NCBI RefSeq assembly: GCF_009914755.1
Contig: NC_060945.1
DNA length: 64,000 nucleotides
Source: the human T2T-CHM13v2.0 reference genome, Homo sapiens
Strand: one strand, 5' to 3'
Of the stretch, positions 46,197-61,687 are shown piece after piece. The notes beneath the pieces were generated by a model that saw only the letters and a list, made by a program, of their open reading frames with translations, did not search any database and had not been told where the DNA came from. Each line of letters starts with the position of its first letter. The stretch's first letter is position 1. Made by a program: the position numbers and the translations under genes.

Positions 46197-49100
46197 TCTA
46201 ACATCTGAATTGACATCCTGCATGTAGAGATATGCACATATAGATGACAGCTGTACACCCATGCATATCTATATCCATGCATGCATGCACATGCTTTATC
46301 AGGCCTTCCACTCCTTAACAGCCTACAGATAGAAAACTTAGAGGAGCAGCAGGGACGTACTTTCATGTACTAAGCTACCTAGCATACAACTTTTAATGGT
46401 TTTTTATTTTAAATGGAAAGAATCTTTCAGCGGGAGACATCAAAGGGCCTAAGAAAAAAATGGTTTTGGTATTAAGTGGCTAGTATGCTTGTCAAAAAAT
46501 GACAAGAAATAATTAAAACTAAACTGAAACAACCACCACCCCTACAAAATCCAGAACAATGCACCTCATTTAAATGTTTGTGAGGAAGTAGAATTGAGTA
46601 TCTTTCTCACAAGTAAGTTCTTCTTGAGGCAGAACAGACAAGAAACAAGAACTAGAAGTATTTACAAATCTATGTCAGTGGTAGAAATTTCTCCAGCAGG
46701 AAAACAGAGCCTCAGGCTGTGTAATGAAAGTTGTACTGTGAGAGCTAACATTTATTTAGTGGATATTATGTAAAGTCAGCCTTCCCCTATGCAAAGCATA
46801 TTTTGGGGCCATGTTGCAAACAGCAATTTCTGCATTGAGTTGGCCAAATGTGTTCACTAAGGTGCCCACAAGCATTGGATTGCTCCAGATCGGGTGTTTC
46901 TTCTCCTATTGAAAGGCTGTTTCCTACCTTAATGTCATCTGTTGAGCTCTTTCTGTTTTATAAACGTATGGCTTATTGGATGATCCTAAAGTCATTGAGC
47001 CCTTATTATTGTAATTAAGATGGTAATATTAAGATTATTTTTACCTCAGGACTGAAATTACTTTCAATGAACAATTTAGGTCACTGTTACATAGACAAGA
47101 ATTTAACTTAAAGAGTGAATAGGTAATAAATGATCTCTAGAATGCTTACAAATATCTACTAACTTTTTAATACAATGCTAAAGCCAAATAACAAGGCAAG
47201 GTGCTTCTGTAAGTGTTCTCGGGACCAACCCATTTACCAGTCTGAGTGCAGGCAACCACCATCTCATTTAAATCACAGAAGTTTAGGGAAAATCTTATCC
47301 AGTATTATGGGGCTGTACTAGTAAACTGCACACAAAGGAGGCCACACGAATTTGACAGAGATTTAGAGATGGGATTCTGACAGTCACGTTTTATATTAAC
47401 CAGAAAAAGAGCCACCAAATTCAACCAGAGATGCAATTTTTTTGTTCTTTTCAACAAAGTTGAATAAAAGTTGTTGATCAAAGAGTGAAGAAATTTGAAG
47501 ATAGAATTTGCCTTAATTTACAGATGAGCCACCAGAGGCTCAGAGGGATGAAGTGTTTTGTTGAAATTACACAGTGGGTGCCATTCCAATGACTTGTGAC
47601 TCCACACATTGCCTTCTGATATTCATTAGGAAGTCATTTGAAGGAGGAATTCTAAACTTTTTGGAAACATCACTGCTCTCTACTCTTCACCCTTATTGGA
47701 AATGCTTTTATTTGGAGAACCTTCACCACCTTCATGGAAACCAAAATGAGGGTCTTCAGAGTTCATGTTCCGTGTAGCATTAACCCTACCATGTGCTTCC
47801 CTTGCACAGGGAACTCCTCTGTAAGGAAATGGGGAAAAAGAAAAGTATTAAGAAACAATCATTATTCTCAAGGGAAAATGAGAGGCTCTGTTTCTCTTGC
47901 CTGAAGTAAAATCGGTGTTATTAGTAGCTGCATTCACAGTGTGAAGAATCACACAGAAAGCCAGTCATTTTGTTTGCTGATGGAGAATTCATGTGGTCCT
48001 GCTTCTGACTGATCGTGTCACAGATAATCAACGTGCTGTATCTCCAGCCACCTCACTCTCTGAACTTAAGGAAAATGAAAGTCATGGTTTCAGACCACTT
48101 CAGTTTCTTTTCATTTTTCCTGTCTTTGACAATGAAAAAGTGGGCAACTTTATAAAAAATGTCCTAAGTGAGTAGTTGAAATCACTGATTATTTTTCAGG
48201 TATCTAGTTTCATTCTCTCAGTAAAGAACACATGAGTGATAGGAATGTGACTCATATATAATTCCCTCTTTTTTCTGTTATGTAAACATTCCAAAAAGAG
48301 AAACATTAAAAATTGAACCCAGGGAAGATGCATCTATCATTATGAATCATGATTTCGTGGCAGTCACTGCAGGAGAGAACCTGTCTCTCTTATCCTGATG
48401 GTACTTGCGATAAAATACAAGAATATGTGGCACCACTGTCCTTGATAAATTGAGCACTAGAAAAGCCATGAATGTGAAATTATCTAGCACATGATAAATC
48501 TGCTGTAATAAATAAAAAACGAATAGTCAGAAGAAGTAGGAACTGCGTGAAGTAAACTTTGCTTCAAATGCTGCCTATCTAACTTTGGGCAGGAATCCTG
48601 GCTCTCTGAAGACTGTAGAATTGGGCTCTTTAGGTCATGATTACCACCACAGAAGCCCTTGCCTAAAAAGAAAACGTTATGGAGTCACAAGTTTCACCTT
48701 AAAAATGTGCCAAAGGGATGTGTCAGGATGAATGTGGAGTTGGTTGAAAATTCGTTATTACCTTCTCATTGTCAGGAGTGGCATGATCTTCCAGTTGACA
48801 TCCTGGGAGGCTGTTAAACCTAGGCACAAGATGAATCTTTTAAACGTGCTCTCAATTTGCCTCTGCAAAACCTACTTTGGTCTTCAGGCAGAAATGAATG
48901 TCATATTTTAAAGTATGTCGAAAATTTCTAGAAAGCATCATCAGAAAGCCCTAATGCTCCCCTTCATCATTAAGCTTATCAACAAAGATCTAGTAAACAC
49001 CCCAAAACTAGCAGGTCTCTAAATGCTGTTATGGCAACAAATGGAAAATTTAAATTTATTTAAAATAATTATAATAATTCTCAGATAAACCACAGGATTC

Positions 49101-49411
49101 AGAAGTCTGTTCATAATATTTTCCAGTTGTTGAGAATGTAACCCTCTTGTAGATTGAGTAAGAGTTACATTAAGTGATAGCCCATCCTGTTCTAACAGGA
49201 CCTCCAGCGCCTCCATAGGCCATAACTGGGCAGATCAATACTGAGGTGCTTCCCGCTCAGCTTGGGCTTTTCAAAGGTTGAGCTGGCAGGAATGGCTAAG
49301 CCCTCAGGGAAGGCACACCAGACACAGGAATGGGGTGTGGAAGGTCAGCAAAGAAGAAGGAGAAATAAAATGATTCTCTGATATTAAAGGTAAGCTGCTT
49401 ATATTTGTTTA

Positions 49412-49898
<487 letters not shown>

Positions 49899-50913
49899 TT
49901 ATTTGTAGCCCTTCTGCTCCCCCCTAATCCAAGCCTGCTGAATCCAAGCCTGTGGACCATTCTGTGGTCCTTGCTTCAGTGGCAAGATACAACAGTGTGG
50001 AAAATCTAGAAAAGTCTGGCTTCCTTGAGTTTATTATAAACATCAATGCTGTTAGGGAATCAGAAGAGGACTCCAGGAAGCAAAGAGAAGAAAAGGGTTC
50101 CTTCTCTCCCGTTTCCAAGACTGGAAGAGCCCCTCTGTGTGGAGCAGGGCACGCTAGTGTTAGGTAGGGGTTCCTAGAGAGGAAAGGCCTGCTTTTTGTC
50201 TATCAGCCACAGCTCTGGGTTGTCTGCAAATCCTGAGAAAGCTTTGTGAGATCTGAGAGCAGAGATGACCTCTGTCTGGAAAGAGTGGTGAGGAGGTGGA
50301 GGGAGAGGGCTGCAGAGAGCCTGGGCATAAATGCCATAGAAACAGTCATGAAGTCTCCCATAATGTTGGGTGGCACAGAAATGTAAGGCCAGATCCTGTG
50401 TCTCCATCTATGGTATAGAAGCAGTCAAGATATCCACCAACCAGAAAGAGAACACATGTACAGAAGTGTGTGACCATAGGTGGCATGTGTGTGTGTGTGG
50501 ATGAGGGAGCACCCCAAGAGGATGGCAGCATCTCATTGGATGCTGAAGTGAACAGATGACATCTAGGACCAGGTGCTCCCCCAAACCATGGTGCCCTGGA
50601 ACTTAGATACAACTTCTAGAAAGGTAGGGAGGAAATACTGACATTGATTTTTCTTTATTCCAATAGAATCACAAGCTAACTATTTAAAAAAAATAAGAAA
50701 CACAACTTATTCACATTAATTTCTGGACTGAGGCTTATATCCACAAATGCATTTTAACTTTAAAGAGCTTAATGAAGAGCTTACTTTCTTAGGGTCTAGT
50801 GACGTACATATCTGATTGCTTATGTGGGAGGCTGCATGGTGCATTGGAAAGACGTTAAGTCAGAGAAGCACAAGAAGACATTGAGTTCTGTTCTGCTACT
50901 TATCTTCTCTTAG

Positions 50914-51208
<295 letters not shown>

Positions 51209-52898
51209 ATGATCTCAGGTTTTTCACATGCAAATGAACAGTTTGGACCTGATAATCTCTGAGGACCCTTCCAGCTCTGACAATGTGATTCTTTGAGCTG
51301 AATTGTTGGTAGTGTTACCAACAGATGAGATGAGATGTTGGATACAAAGCACATAGCTCGAAGCTTGGCACTTATGTGGTCAAAAAAATACTAATTCCTG
51401 ATATCCTCCCAGTGGTATTATCTAGTGAGCCTTCTTTCAAATTCAAAGGTTTTATTTCTCAGATATAATTTACGTGAAAGGCTGTGATTTTCTCCTTTCT
51501 CTGAGTTCCAAGTGCAGGTTTTGTTCTGAAGAAGTCACACAATGGACTGATTTGTCAGTGTATTTGTTTCCAAGGATTTCCCTTCTACAGTTCTTTTCAT
51601 AAAAGTGGCACTGGTTGACCTGAATTCATGACCAGGCTGAGACAGGGCTTTCTGCAACCCTGTTGAGGCCAATCTCGCTGTCTGCTTCTATTGCATTCTT
51701 CAATAGGACACTTAGTCCATTGGGCCAGTGCACCATGCCAAAAGGAGTTACTAAATTGTTAAAGGGGGCCTCAGCGAGTTCACGTAGATAGAGGGAAATG
51801 CCAGGTCATCCCAGAGGCTGAGGGTCTATCGAAGTTAGTGCTTGAAGGTGCTGTTGCATTGGCAGTGCATCACATGATACAGGGTTTTCACGTCTGCTTT
51901 GAATACAACTGTTTCCTGCAGGGCTGCTAGTGTCCGAGCCTTGTCTTTTTCTGTTAGAAACCTTCAACAAACTACTCTCTAAGGGGACAGCGTTTCTAAT
52001 AGGGGATACTTTTGACGGAGCTGGCTGAAGAAAGCAAATCGTGTGATGGCTGAGAGAGGATCCTATCACCCTTTATTGCACCATGCTCTTTATCTCTTCA
52101 TTTACAACCACCTTCTCATTGGCCTCTTCATCACTGTATTTTGAACACATAACTAGTCTTTTACCCACATACAGCGTCCTGCACCTGCTGGGGCTGAGCT
52201 GCAGTATGTAGGGGCTCACAACGATGGTGTTTTGCTTTGCTTTTCAGACTCAAAATACCTCAGCCAGGAGCCGCAGCTGGTTTCTTTCAAAGTGGTTTGC
52301 AGATCCCCTGCATCCTAATATGCCTGGGGTGCCCAGTGAATGCAGGTTTTGAAGATCCCATTCCAGATCCCCTGATTCTCCAGATCCCCTGATTCAGAAT
52401 CTCTGCACTTTCACCTAACACCTTGATGCTGGAGACACCACTCACACATTCCCTTCTACACCTCTGTCTCACTGCTAGGAGCCACCTCAGCTAACTCATG
52501 CATCACTTTGTAGATGGCTCTTTTAGTTGTTTTCTTTGCCAGCAGAAGCTGGGATAGATTTTCTGAGAAGTTCACACGTCTTATTTCAGTAGGCTCATAC
52601 CTCTAGCACACTGTGGTTTTACCATAAGCACTTAGACAATGGCCACGGATTTAACATAACCGAGCGTGCAGTTCTAGTTCTCATCATACATACGCTTCCA
52701 CCAAAGTTGTAATCTGTGTAACCATAGCGTTTCTTGTGCTTTTTCACCTGTTACTTTCTATTACTTAACAGCCCAATGTGAGGAAATGATTGTCAATGAG
52801 TGCTGGGAGTACCACACTGTTGTACTTTTTGACAGAGTAGGCGGCTCTGGAACCTGTATCGGTCTGGCTGCCTGGTGCATTTGCTGGCCGAGCATTTC

Positions 52899-53151
52899 TG
52901 TTTTTGTTTTCTTTTTTTCTTTCTTTTTTGTTTCTGAGATGGAGTCTCACTCTGTGGCCCAGGCTGGAGTGCAGTGGCATGATCTCAGCTCACTGCAACC
53001 TCTGCCTCCCGGGTTCAACTTTTGTATGTTTAGTAGAGATGGAGTTTGACCATATTGGCCAGGCTGGTCTTGAACTCCTGACCTCAAATGATCCACATGC
53101 CTCGACGTCCCAAAGTGCTGGGATTACAGGCATGAGCCACCACACCTGGCC
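52899..53151 (-). mobile_element. AluS with a ~65-bp internal deletion
   Basis: CCCGGGTTCAA joins directly to CTTTTGTATGTTTAGTAGAGA; TSD GGCC..GCATTTCT. Confidence 0.9.
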
Positions 53152-55687
53152 CTGGCCAGGCATTTCTTACTGATGATCTGAGTTGTTCCATCTTACTCTG
53201 TTCCCTCTTAGTATTTCCTAGTTACTAACATGCCCTGAGGCTGCATTTGGATCAATTTAATACCACTGTTGTTTCCAGTTGTCACCTCCCACCATATGGC
53301 AGTTACTCCAGTCTCCTGCTCTTGCTTATCCTTGAAATGCATCCCAGCCAGTTAGGCATGTCTGCTTCTGAGACAGGAGGCTGAGAATTCCACCATGTTC
53401 AAGGAAATGGCCCTTAGGCACTGTCTAAGGGGACCATATAGGCAGTCTGATAAAGTCACATCTAAGAAAAACATTTCAGAAAGCGTCAGCTAGCACACCT
53501 TTGATTATAGAGGAAGCCAATTATGCTCAAACACTAATGAATTCATTTTTAAGGATGTTATGATACAGTTATGCATGTGCTTCTTTCCCAATGCATTAAG
53601 TAAAGGGAAACAGCTGTGACTGAGATGATCTTTGTAAATTTGAAGAGCTAGTGATCATAAATGATATTTTGAGATAACTAAAAATTATATTAATGTGAAA
53701 ATATCTGTAATTTGTATTGGAACAATATCACATGTACGGTTAGTAGTATTGTGGGTTATGACTTACATTCATAATTGGAGGAAGTGCTATACATTTTAGT
53801 TAAAGATTATAGGAAATAAAGATTCATTCTTTCATTAAGTTCACGATCCCCTCAACTGATTTCTAAGAACCCCTGATCTAGCTCAGTCTCCCAGTTCTAC
53901 CTGGGAACAAAGACTCTGAGATATAAACTGGATGCCAGGATCACACTCCTGTTTGCCAGGTAGGATTGACTCTCGGATCCCTTCACCCACGCTTCTTTCT
54001 GCTGTGCTCCCCTGCTCCTGCTGCTGAATCATGAGATGGACTTTAGTGGTGATTGTGCTTCGTGATCCTATTATAGTTCCGATGTTTTTGTGTTACATTT
54101 GATCCCAGCAATTCTATACAATTCCTTTTCTCTGACGTGCTTTAATTCTGATTGAAGGTCAGTGCTGGGTGCATGCCATACTCCATTTCTCCTGGAATAT
54201 GATGGCAAGTTCCCTAATAATTTTTTTCATTCTTATTGATCAAAGTACCATGCTCCTACTTATTTAGAGGGAAATAAAAAAAAATGATAGCAGGAAGCGT
54301 GTTTTTCTTTTGAGTAGTGTGGATCTGAAGATTGTATTACAAAATTTGATCAATATATGAAATATAGAGAAAAACCAGAAGCGATCAACCAAATTAACAG
54401 AGCCTTCTGAGGCAAGAGTCACTGGGAGACTATGGAAGAGCTAGAATACACTTCGCAGAATGGATTTCAGTCTCTCAGAGGCTCCAATTAGGAAAAGTAT
54501 TTCCTGAAGCAGACTGGATTCTGTGGGATCAACCACATTTTATAGCACTCCAATTGTTTGCATTTGGAATTCTCCCAAACATTTCACCATTTTTGGAATA
54601 TTTTTAGATTGGAGTCAAAGATACTATATTAATCTTCAGATCTTGTGTTGTTACTTAATTTTTCTTATATGTAATTTTATCTCCTTAACTAGGCTACCTG
54701 CATTTTGAGATTAGGAAACTAATAAGAAGTGTTGCATTTCTCTGCATCTTTCACAGCCTTTATAATGGTGTATGGCTGCAAGTTTACGTACACAGTGCAC
54801 TGCGGAAAGAGCCTTTGCTTTCCACCCACACACACAAGGAGCAAATCCCATCTTCACTTCCTATTTCTTGCCAGGTATTAATCCAGCTAGCTATGCCCCA
54901 GTTTCCTTACTAAGTAATACCTACTTATGCAGGTGCTTTAGTAGAATGATACAGAGCAGAAGGTGGTTAAGACAATACATGGCTCACAGCAGGGGTTTGA
55001 AGAGACAACTATTATTAATTAGGTTTCCATAAATATGTGTGATTTGGTGCTCTTACTAGCTAGTGTCCAGGGGGCCTCTCTTGTACATTTTTTTGTAGTA
55101 GTCTTAGAAAATTGGAGCTAAATAAGGTGAAAGCCTGCAGAGAGGTGCAGCACGGAGCATTCCCATACATTTTAGCGACTGTTTATTGTGGATGTGTCAT
55201 GTCTATTTGCCTCCTTCCTCTTTCAAATAATTGATGCCATCCAGCATTGGCGTGTTTTCTCTTCAGTTCTTAGAGCCCTGCTTACTAAGTCAGTGAAATT
55301 GTTTATATTGCTTTCAAAGGGCCAAGAAGTGAAACCATTTGAAAAGAGATAGGATTATGTTGGGGTTTTAGAAAGCTGACATGTAACACTAATTTTTTCC
55401 ATCTCGCATTCACAATATATTGAGAGAGGACCCAGAAGACAGATAAATGGAGATCAAAATTTTAAAATATTTGTTATGTATTTTGAAAATTCTAATCATG
55501 CCAAAGAAGATGACTTTAGCTCTATGGTCTAATACTTCCCCTAGGTCTATGCTAAGGCTTCTCAAAGCAAAGAAGAGCAAAGCAAAACAAAACAAAGGAA
55601 AACAGAACAAAATTGGAGGTTGTCCCCCCGCACATGCAGACAGAGCTTGCCCTGAAAAGCCATCCTCACAGTGGATAAAAAAGCATC

Positions 55688-55770
55688 CTCTCTCCAGGCT
55701 CACACATTGAAGAGAACTCTCTCCAGGCTCACACATTGAAGAGAACTCTCTCCAGGCTCACACATTTGAA
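55688..55770. repeat. 29-bp tandem repeat x~3
   Basis: CTCTCTCCAGGCTCACACATTGAAGAGAA at 55688, 55717 and 55746. Confidence 0.95.
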
Positions 55771-55894
55771 AAGAGAGAGGGGATGGCATTCTGCTAATCA
55801 TGTTGTTTCTTCTCCCACACTCAATAGTAAGATCAGTCTCTCTTCCTAGAAGAAGGAATTTTAAAAAGAGGCAGAGAAGTGCTAAGCATCTTCT

Positions 55895-56350
55895 AGCTGA
55901 GTGGTCCTCGATGCGTGGTCCCAGGCCAGCAGCATCACCTCAGCTGGGGATTCATCTGTGGCCTCATCCTGGATCTGTGACTGCTATGATGGTCCAGAGT
56001 CCAGGGATCTGAGTTCCACCAAGCCTTCTGGGCATTCTCCCTCAGTGGCCCTTAACCCAGGGTCCAGGGATCTGAGTTCCGCCAAGCCTTCTGGGCATTC
56101 TCGCTCTGTGGTCCTTAACCCAGGGCCCAAGGATCTGAGTTCCGCCAAGCCTTCTGGGCATTCTCGCTCTGTGGTCCTTAACCCTGGTTGCACATCAGCA
56201 TTTCTTAAGAAGATTTTAAAATTATCCATGTTCGAGACCCACAGGCAGAAATAATTTATAAATTGAAATTCCTTAGGCTAAGGGCAAGGGATTCACACAT
56301 TTTGCAAGTGCTTTGGATAATTCTCAGGTGCAGGCAGCGCCCAGGGCTAC
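55895..56350. mobile_element. MER5A/MER5B-like hAT-Charlie fragments
   Basis: GTGGTCCTCGATGCGTGGTCCCAGGCCAGCAGCATCA...; GTGGTCCTTAACCCTGGTTGCACATCAG...ATAATTCTCAGGTGCAG. Confidence 0.55.
55999..56187. repeat. 63-bp tandem repeat x3
   Basis: GTCCAGGGATCTGAGTTCCRCCAAGCCTTCTGGGCATTCTCSCTCWGTGGYCCTTAACCCAGG at 55999, 56062 and 56125. Confidence 0.95.
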
Positions 56351-56956
56351 AGCATGGTCCAGCCCAGGCCATGGAAACAGGAGTCCTGGGCACAGTGCAA
56401 TGGGCAGACGCTGGCGGTGACTTCAAACTCACAGTCCTGCCTCTGGGGTGTGTCCTTTCCTCCTGCCTCAGCACCTGGCCTTGAGAACATTATGAAGTCA
56501 CCTGAGACACAATTAGATCTGGTGACAATGAACAGTGTGAGATGGTGAGTTTTTGAGGCACAGAAAGCTCAAATACCACTGACACCTCTAAACTTGTCAG
56601 TTAAAATGTGGACTGCATTGTTTCAAGCTGTCACAAAATCCAAAGTAGGCAGACATTACCTAATGTATTTTGAAGAGATAATTTCACATCCTTGAAAGGA
56701 ATCCAGACTGAAGACTGCCTTCGTTGGCACCTGAGATGACCCCTCAGAGAGCCAGTGAAAATGTAGAAAAGACACAGAAGCCTTAAAGTTTTTACATAAG
56801 TTATACTTAAAAAAAAAAGATGGAAAGATAAGCTGTGTAGCCAAAGAGAAGAATGTTCTTTAGAAAGAGTGAATTACAAAAGGGACATGAACGCATGGGG
56901 TATTAGAGTAAGTGCTGACAATATTCTGATGATGGGAAAATTGAGACTAAGATTAG

Positions 56957-57336
56957 TGATATGGTTTGGCTCTGTGTCCCCATCCAAATCTCATCTTGAA
57001 TTGTAGTTCCCACAATCCCCAGGTGTTGTGGAAGTGACCTGGTTGGAGGTAATTGAATCATGGGCGTGGTTACCCCCATGCTACTCTTCTTGTGACAGTG
57101 AGTACGTTTTCATGAGATCTGATGGTTTTGTAAGGGGCTTTTCCCCTTTTGCTCAGCACTTCCCCTTCCTGCCACCATGTGAAGAAGGAAGTGTTTGCTT
57201 CCCCTTTTGTCATGATAGTAAGTTTCCAGAATCCTCCCCAGTCCTGAGGAACTATGAGTCTATTAAATCTCTTTTCTTTCTAAATTACCCTGTCTCTAGT
57301 ACATGTTTATTAGCAGCATGAGAATGGACTAATACA
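56957..57336 (+). mobile_element. THE1 (THE1D-like) solo LTR
   Basis: TGATATGGTTTGGCTCTGTGTCCCCA...GAGAATGGACTAATACA; 5-bp TSD ATTAG/ACTAG. Confidence 0.92.
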
Positions 57337-58851
57337 ACTAGTCTTGACTTTCTTGGGGCCCTGAATGAAAAGCAGCTTTGTATTTGTGCTTCCTCATAAA
57401 GTGCCCATTGACTGTAAAGAAAAGCATCATGGGCCACATGAAAAACTGCTTAATTTTTCAGACATGGGCAAACCTTTTCGTTTGCTCCAATTTTCAGAAG
57501 AGTAGGACACTAAAACATGATGAATACAACATCTAGACTTAATTCTATATTATGTGAAAAGTAGTAAAAAGAATGAAGGATAGAAAAAAAGAAGTGCTAA
57601 GGGCCAAAGAAATGGAAGAAAAGAGAAAAGGAGAGAGAAAAAAGAATAGAGCATGATAACAGATCAATAGAGAAAAACACAAAGACAGAAGAAGAGAAAA
57701 AGGAAGGTACAAGACAGATGTGGGAATTGGTATAAGAAGATGATGAGTAGTCAATATGAGGTGTTAGGAAATGGCCTCTTGGGTTGACTTGGTCCCTGGC
57801 CTTCAGTCCATTACAAATCCTCCCAACAGACATTGAAATGAATAACTCTTTGGCTTGTATTCAGAGATATTTCACTCTTCTTCATTTTTAGCTTTCAGAG
57901 ATGCTGCACTGAAAGGGATGTCATAATAACCCCACAGAGTATAAATTACTCCATGAACTGCAGTGTCAGTGATGAGAGCAATATTAATTTCAGGTCCAAA
58001 TGAAATCAAACAAAGGGTTAGGTCTACCTATGTACTGAAAGTTTCCTTGTCTGACTCCAAGACTCTGGTGTTGAAATTCATTGATCATTTGGAAAAGAGG
58101 CCTTCTGCAAATTCAATACACATCTGAAAAGCAAAAATGACATGGTATTCCTGCAGACTGCTGCCAGTAAAATGCTGAGTGAACACTGATAAAATTAATG
58201 TGCCTTCAAACTTGCACAGTGCACCTCTCACTGTCTTGGGGATCAGCCCAAAATAGGGGTTATTTTAGCAGCATGTCTGCTGGTTGTGGAACTTGAGTCA
58301 TGGCTCCTTGCTAAGCCCCTGCCACTGGAGATTATTCCAGCAGCATGCTTTGGAGTGGCAGGTGGAATCCAACCCATTCATCATGCAGCTAGGCCCAATT
58401 TTCTTTTCTGATTTCCTTGGCCGACTTTGGGGATTCCTTAAGGAAACTGTGTGGCACTTGCTATACTTGGGAGATTATTAGAGGCCGATTATCAATCTAG
58501 GTATCTCAGAGAAATCTGATTTATGTACTTGAAATTTTCTATTTCCTGGATTTGGTGAAATAAGATCAAAGTGACAAGTCAGTCGGGAGATAACTTTTAA
58601 ATCAGTGGTAATTTTTAGTGTTCCTGTGTTTACTTTATGACATTAGGTAAATAAATTCTAAACATCCTTAGTTTACCATTTGAATCCCCTGTCGTATACT
58701 GCGCTTCCAGTAATCACAGGGTCATGTACTGGCCTTGGGGTTGCCTACATAAATAACAGAGCCTGGGCAACCTGTTCACAGGTGTAGTTCTCGGGAGCAA
58801 CACAGCCGTGATTTTTAACCAGAGATGTCTGTGTTCAAAGCTGGTACTTTA

Positions 58852-59187
<336 letters not shown>

Positions 59188-59953
59188 TTATATACACATT
59201 ATATACTCTGGAAGTAGAATCTAGAGTCCATAAAAAAGATTACAAATAATAAATAAAATATTTAGAATAACGACTAACACACAGTGGCCATTCAGTATGT
59301 AATAGTTTTCCTTATAATAATTGTTATATCATATTTTTCACAATATAGATTGGGAAAAAGCTTCTGAGTGACTAAGTATATCACACAAAATCTATGGTAC
59401 AATTTATGGGGCTATTTTAACTTATTCGCATTTCGAATACATGTTCTTATCTGGTTTCTAGGGCCACTTATTAGAAGCAGCAAATTAGGACAGAAAAGAG
59501 GGACTGTTACAGAAAAGGAGAGTGGTAAGTGTGAGAAATGGTGGCTAAAGGCTATTAGTGGTTTTGTGAAAACTACAAAATTATAACATTGGGAACATAA
59601 ACTGAAACATTAAGAAAAACAGCCCACTGGAACCACTTCGTTTAGGAGTAAGATAAACACTAGTTCAATAATCCCTGAGGACAATTCAGTCCTAACCGTG
59701 TTCCTGGATCCACCATCTGCAACATTTCTTGTGGTGTGTTCTGCTGGTAACGAATTATTTCTTCATTTATATGTCTGGAAAACTCGATTTTACCTTGATC
59801 TTTGAAAGATATTTTCTCTGGTAGAGAATTTTAGGTTGACTTTTTTCCTTTCAATCCTGGAGAGATTTTGCTCCTCTGTCTCTTCCCTTCCCTTGTTTGA
59901 GATGAGAGATAGACGGCCATTCTTATCTTCATTCCTCTGTGTAGAATCTGACT

Positions 59954-60237
59954 AGGCAGGTGCTGTGGCTCACACCTGTAATCCCAATACTTTGGGAGGC
60001 TGAGGAGGGCAGATCACAAGGTCAGGAGCTCAAGACTAGCCTGTCCAACATGATGAAACCCCGTCTCTACTAAAAATACAAAAAAAAAAATCAGCTGGGC
60101 GTGGTGGCGGGTGCCTGTAGTGCTAGCTACTTGGGAGGCTGAGGCAGGAGAATTGCTTCAACCTGGGAGGCAGAGGTTGCAGTGAGAGGAGATTGCACCA
60201 CTGCACTCCCATCTTGGCGACAGAGCAAGACTCCTGG

Positions 60238-60246
<9 letters not shown>
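59954..60246 (+). mobile_element. AluS (Sg-like)
   Basis: Full dimer containing GATCACAAGGTCAGGAG. Confidence 0.9.

Positions 60247-60294
<48 letters not shown>
60247..60294. repeat. (TA)24 microsatellite
   Basis: Uninterrupted TA run at the Alu tail. Confidence 0.97.
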
Positions 60295-60304
<10 letters not shown>

Positions 60305-61526
60305 TACATGACTTCCCCTCTCCCACATCTCCTGGCTTTCAGCGTCTTCTTTTTATTTCTGGTTTGAGCAATTTGGTTTTCACATGTCTTGGTGTCGTTT
60401 TCTTCTTGGTTCTTGTGCTTGGGGCTAAACTTCTGGGATCTGTGGGTTTAATACTTCTGCTTTTTCCATCTTTGAGGATTTTAATTCCATGTATATTGGA
60501 CTACTTGGAGTAGTCTCACATTCTGTGATTAGCCCCACTAATGCTCTCAGTTTTTTTAACTATTATTTTTTCTATGTTACATTATGGAGTTTTTATTGCC
60601 ACACTTCCAAATTTACAATTTTTTTCCTGCAATGTCTAATCTGCTGTAATTTCCACTTTGTGTATTTTTTGACCTCAGGAAACTGTAGTTTTCTTCCCTA
60701 AAAGTTCAGTTTGGGCCTTTTTAATCTCTCATGCCTCTACTTAACCTTTTGAAGATGTGGGATATAGCAATAATTGCTTTGTAAATGTTCGTTTTTGACC
60801 ATTCTGGCATCTGTGTCAGCTCTGCTGTTGGCTTGCACTGTGTGGCCCCTGCAGACTTCAGGCTGGTTTCCTTTGTGCCCTTTCTCACAAAGCTCATGCA
60901 TGGATTTCCAGCAGGTGTGTGAGTAAAACCCAAATCAGAGGTAATTCTGATTAGCTCTGGAATCCTGTTAATGGATAAACCTGTGTCCGTATCAAATGGA
61001 GGGAGAGAAAATTATTTGTGCCTTCAGGGTCATCTCCTGGTGTTACTGAAAAATACTTCCAGAGAGTCTATGGGCCACTGTGAACCGCTGTAGCTACGTC
61101 CACCCAACTCCACCATCATCAACTAGATAGTGAATCATTCTGTTCTTTTCCATGATACAAAATGCCTGATATGACCTGAGTTTTAGACATCGTCCCAACC
61201 TCCACGCATTTAGAATAATAGGTACAATATGTCTGTTAGTGCATGAATAAATTCATATAAAATTGTGACTTTGCATTCAGGAAGAGTATTCATGGCGAAT
61301 ATTTAGTGCATGCCATCTGATACAGAGACACTAAGTTCCTCCAATATGTTTGCAATGCTTTGGGGGCAAGGATTATATCTTTATTCCCTTCTTTAGTTCA
61401 GTGGTTGGCAATAACATAGGTACAAAGCAAAAATGCGTTAGTGCATTATGGCCACACCGAGCAGCGTATTCACACTGGTAATGTTTATTGAAAGAAACAT
61501 TAAATATCACACCTCGATATTATTAA

Positions 61527-61681
61527 GGAAACTAACTGGATACACTGTTTACAAGGCTCGATGAAAATGTGAGGTACCTTGTTCAAAAATTATTAAGAAT
61601 TCTAAGACTTTGAAGTAGAGCATAAAACCAAGTGCCTGTCTCTGCAGCCACACTGATCGTGTAGCCGTGGAGCTGGTCTTG
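61527..61681 (-). mobile_element. MER45-like hAT-Tip100 element
   Basis: ATGAAAATGTGAGG..CCTTGTTCAAAAATTATTAAGAATT.AAGAC...AGAGCAT.AAACCAAG...GCTGGTCTTG. Confidence 0.6.
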
Positions 61682-61687
61682 CCCAGA

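Larger units (their letters stand above)
59715..60830 (-). mobile_element. Ancient L1M fragment (antisense), interrupted by an Alu
   Basis: TTTGAAAGATATTTTCTCTGGTAGAGAATTTTAGGTTGAC...TCTGGCTTTC...TTCTGGGATCTGTGGGTTTA. Confidence 0.6.
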
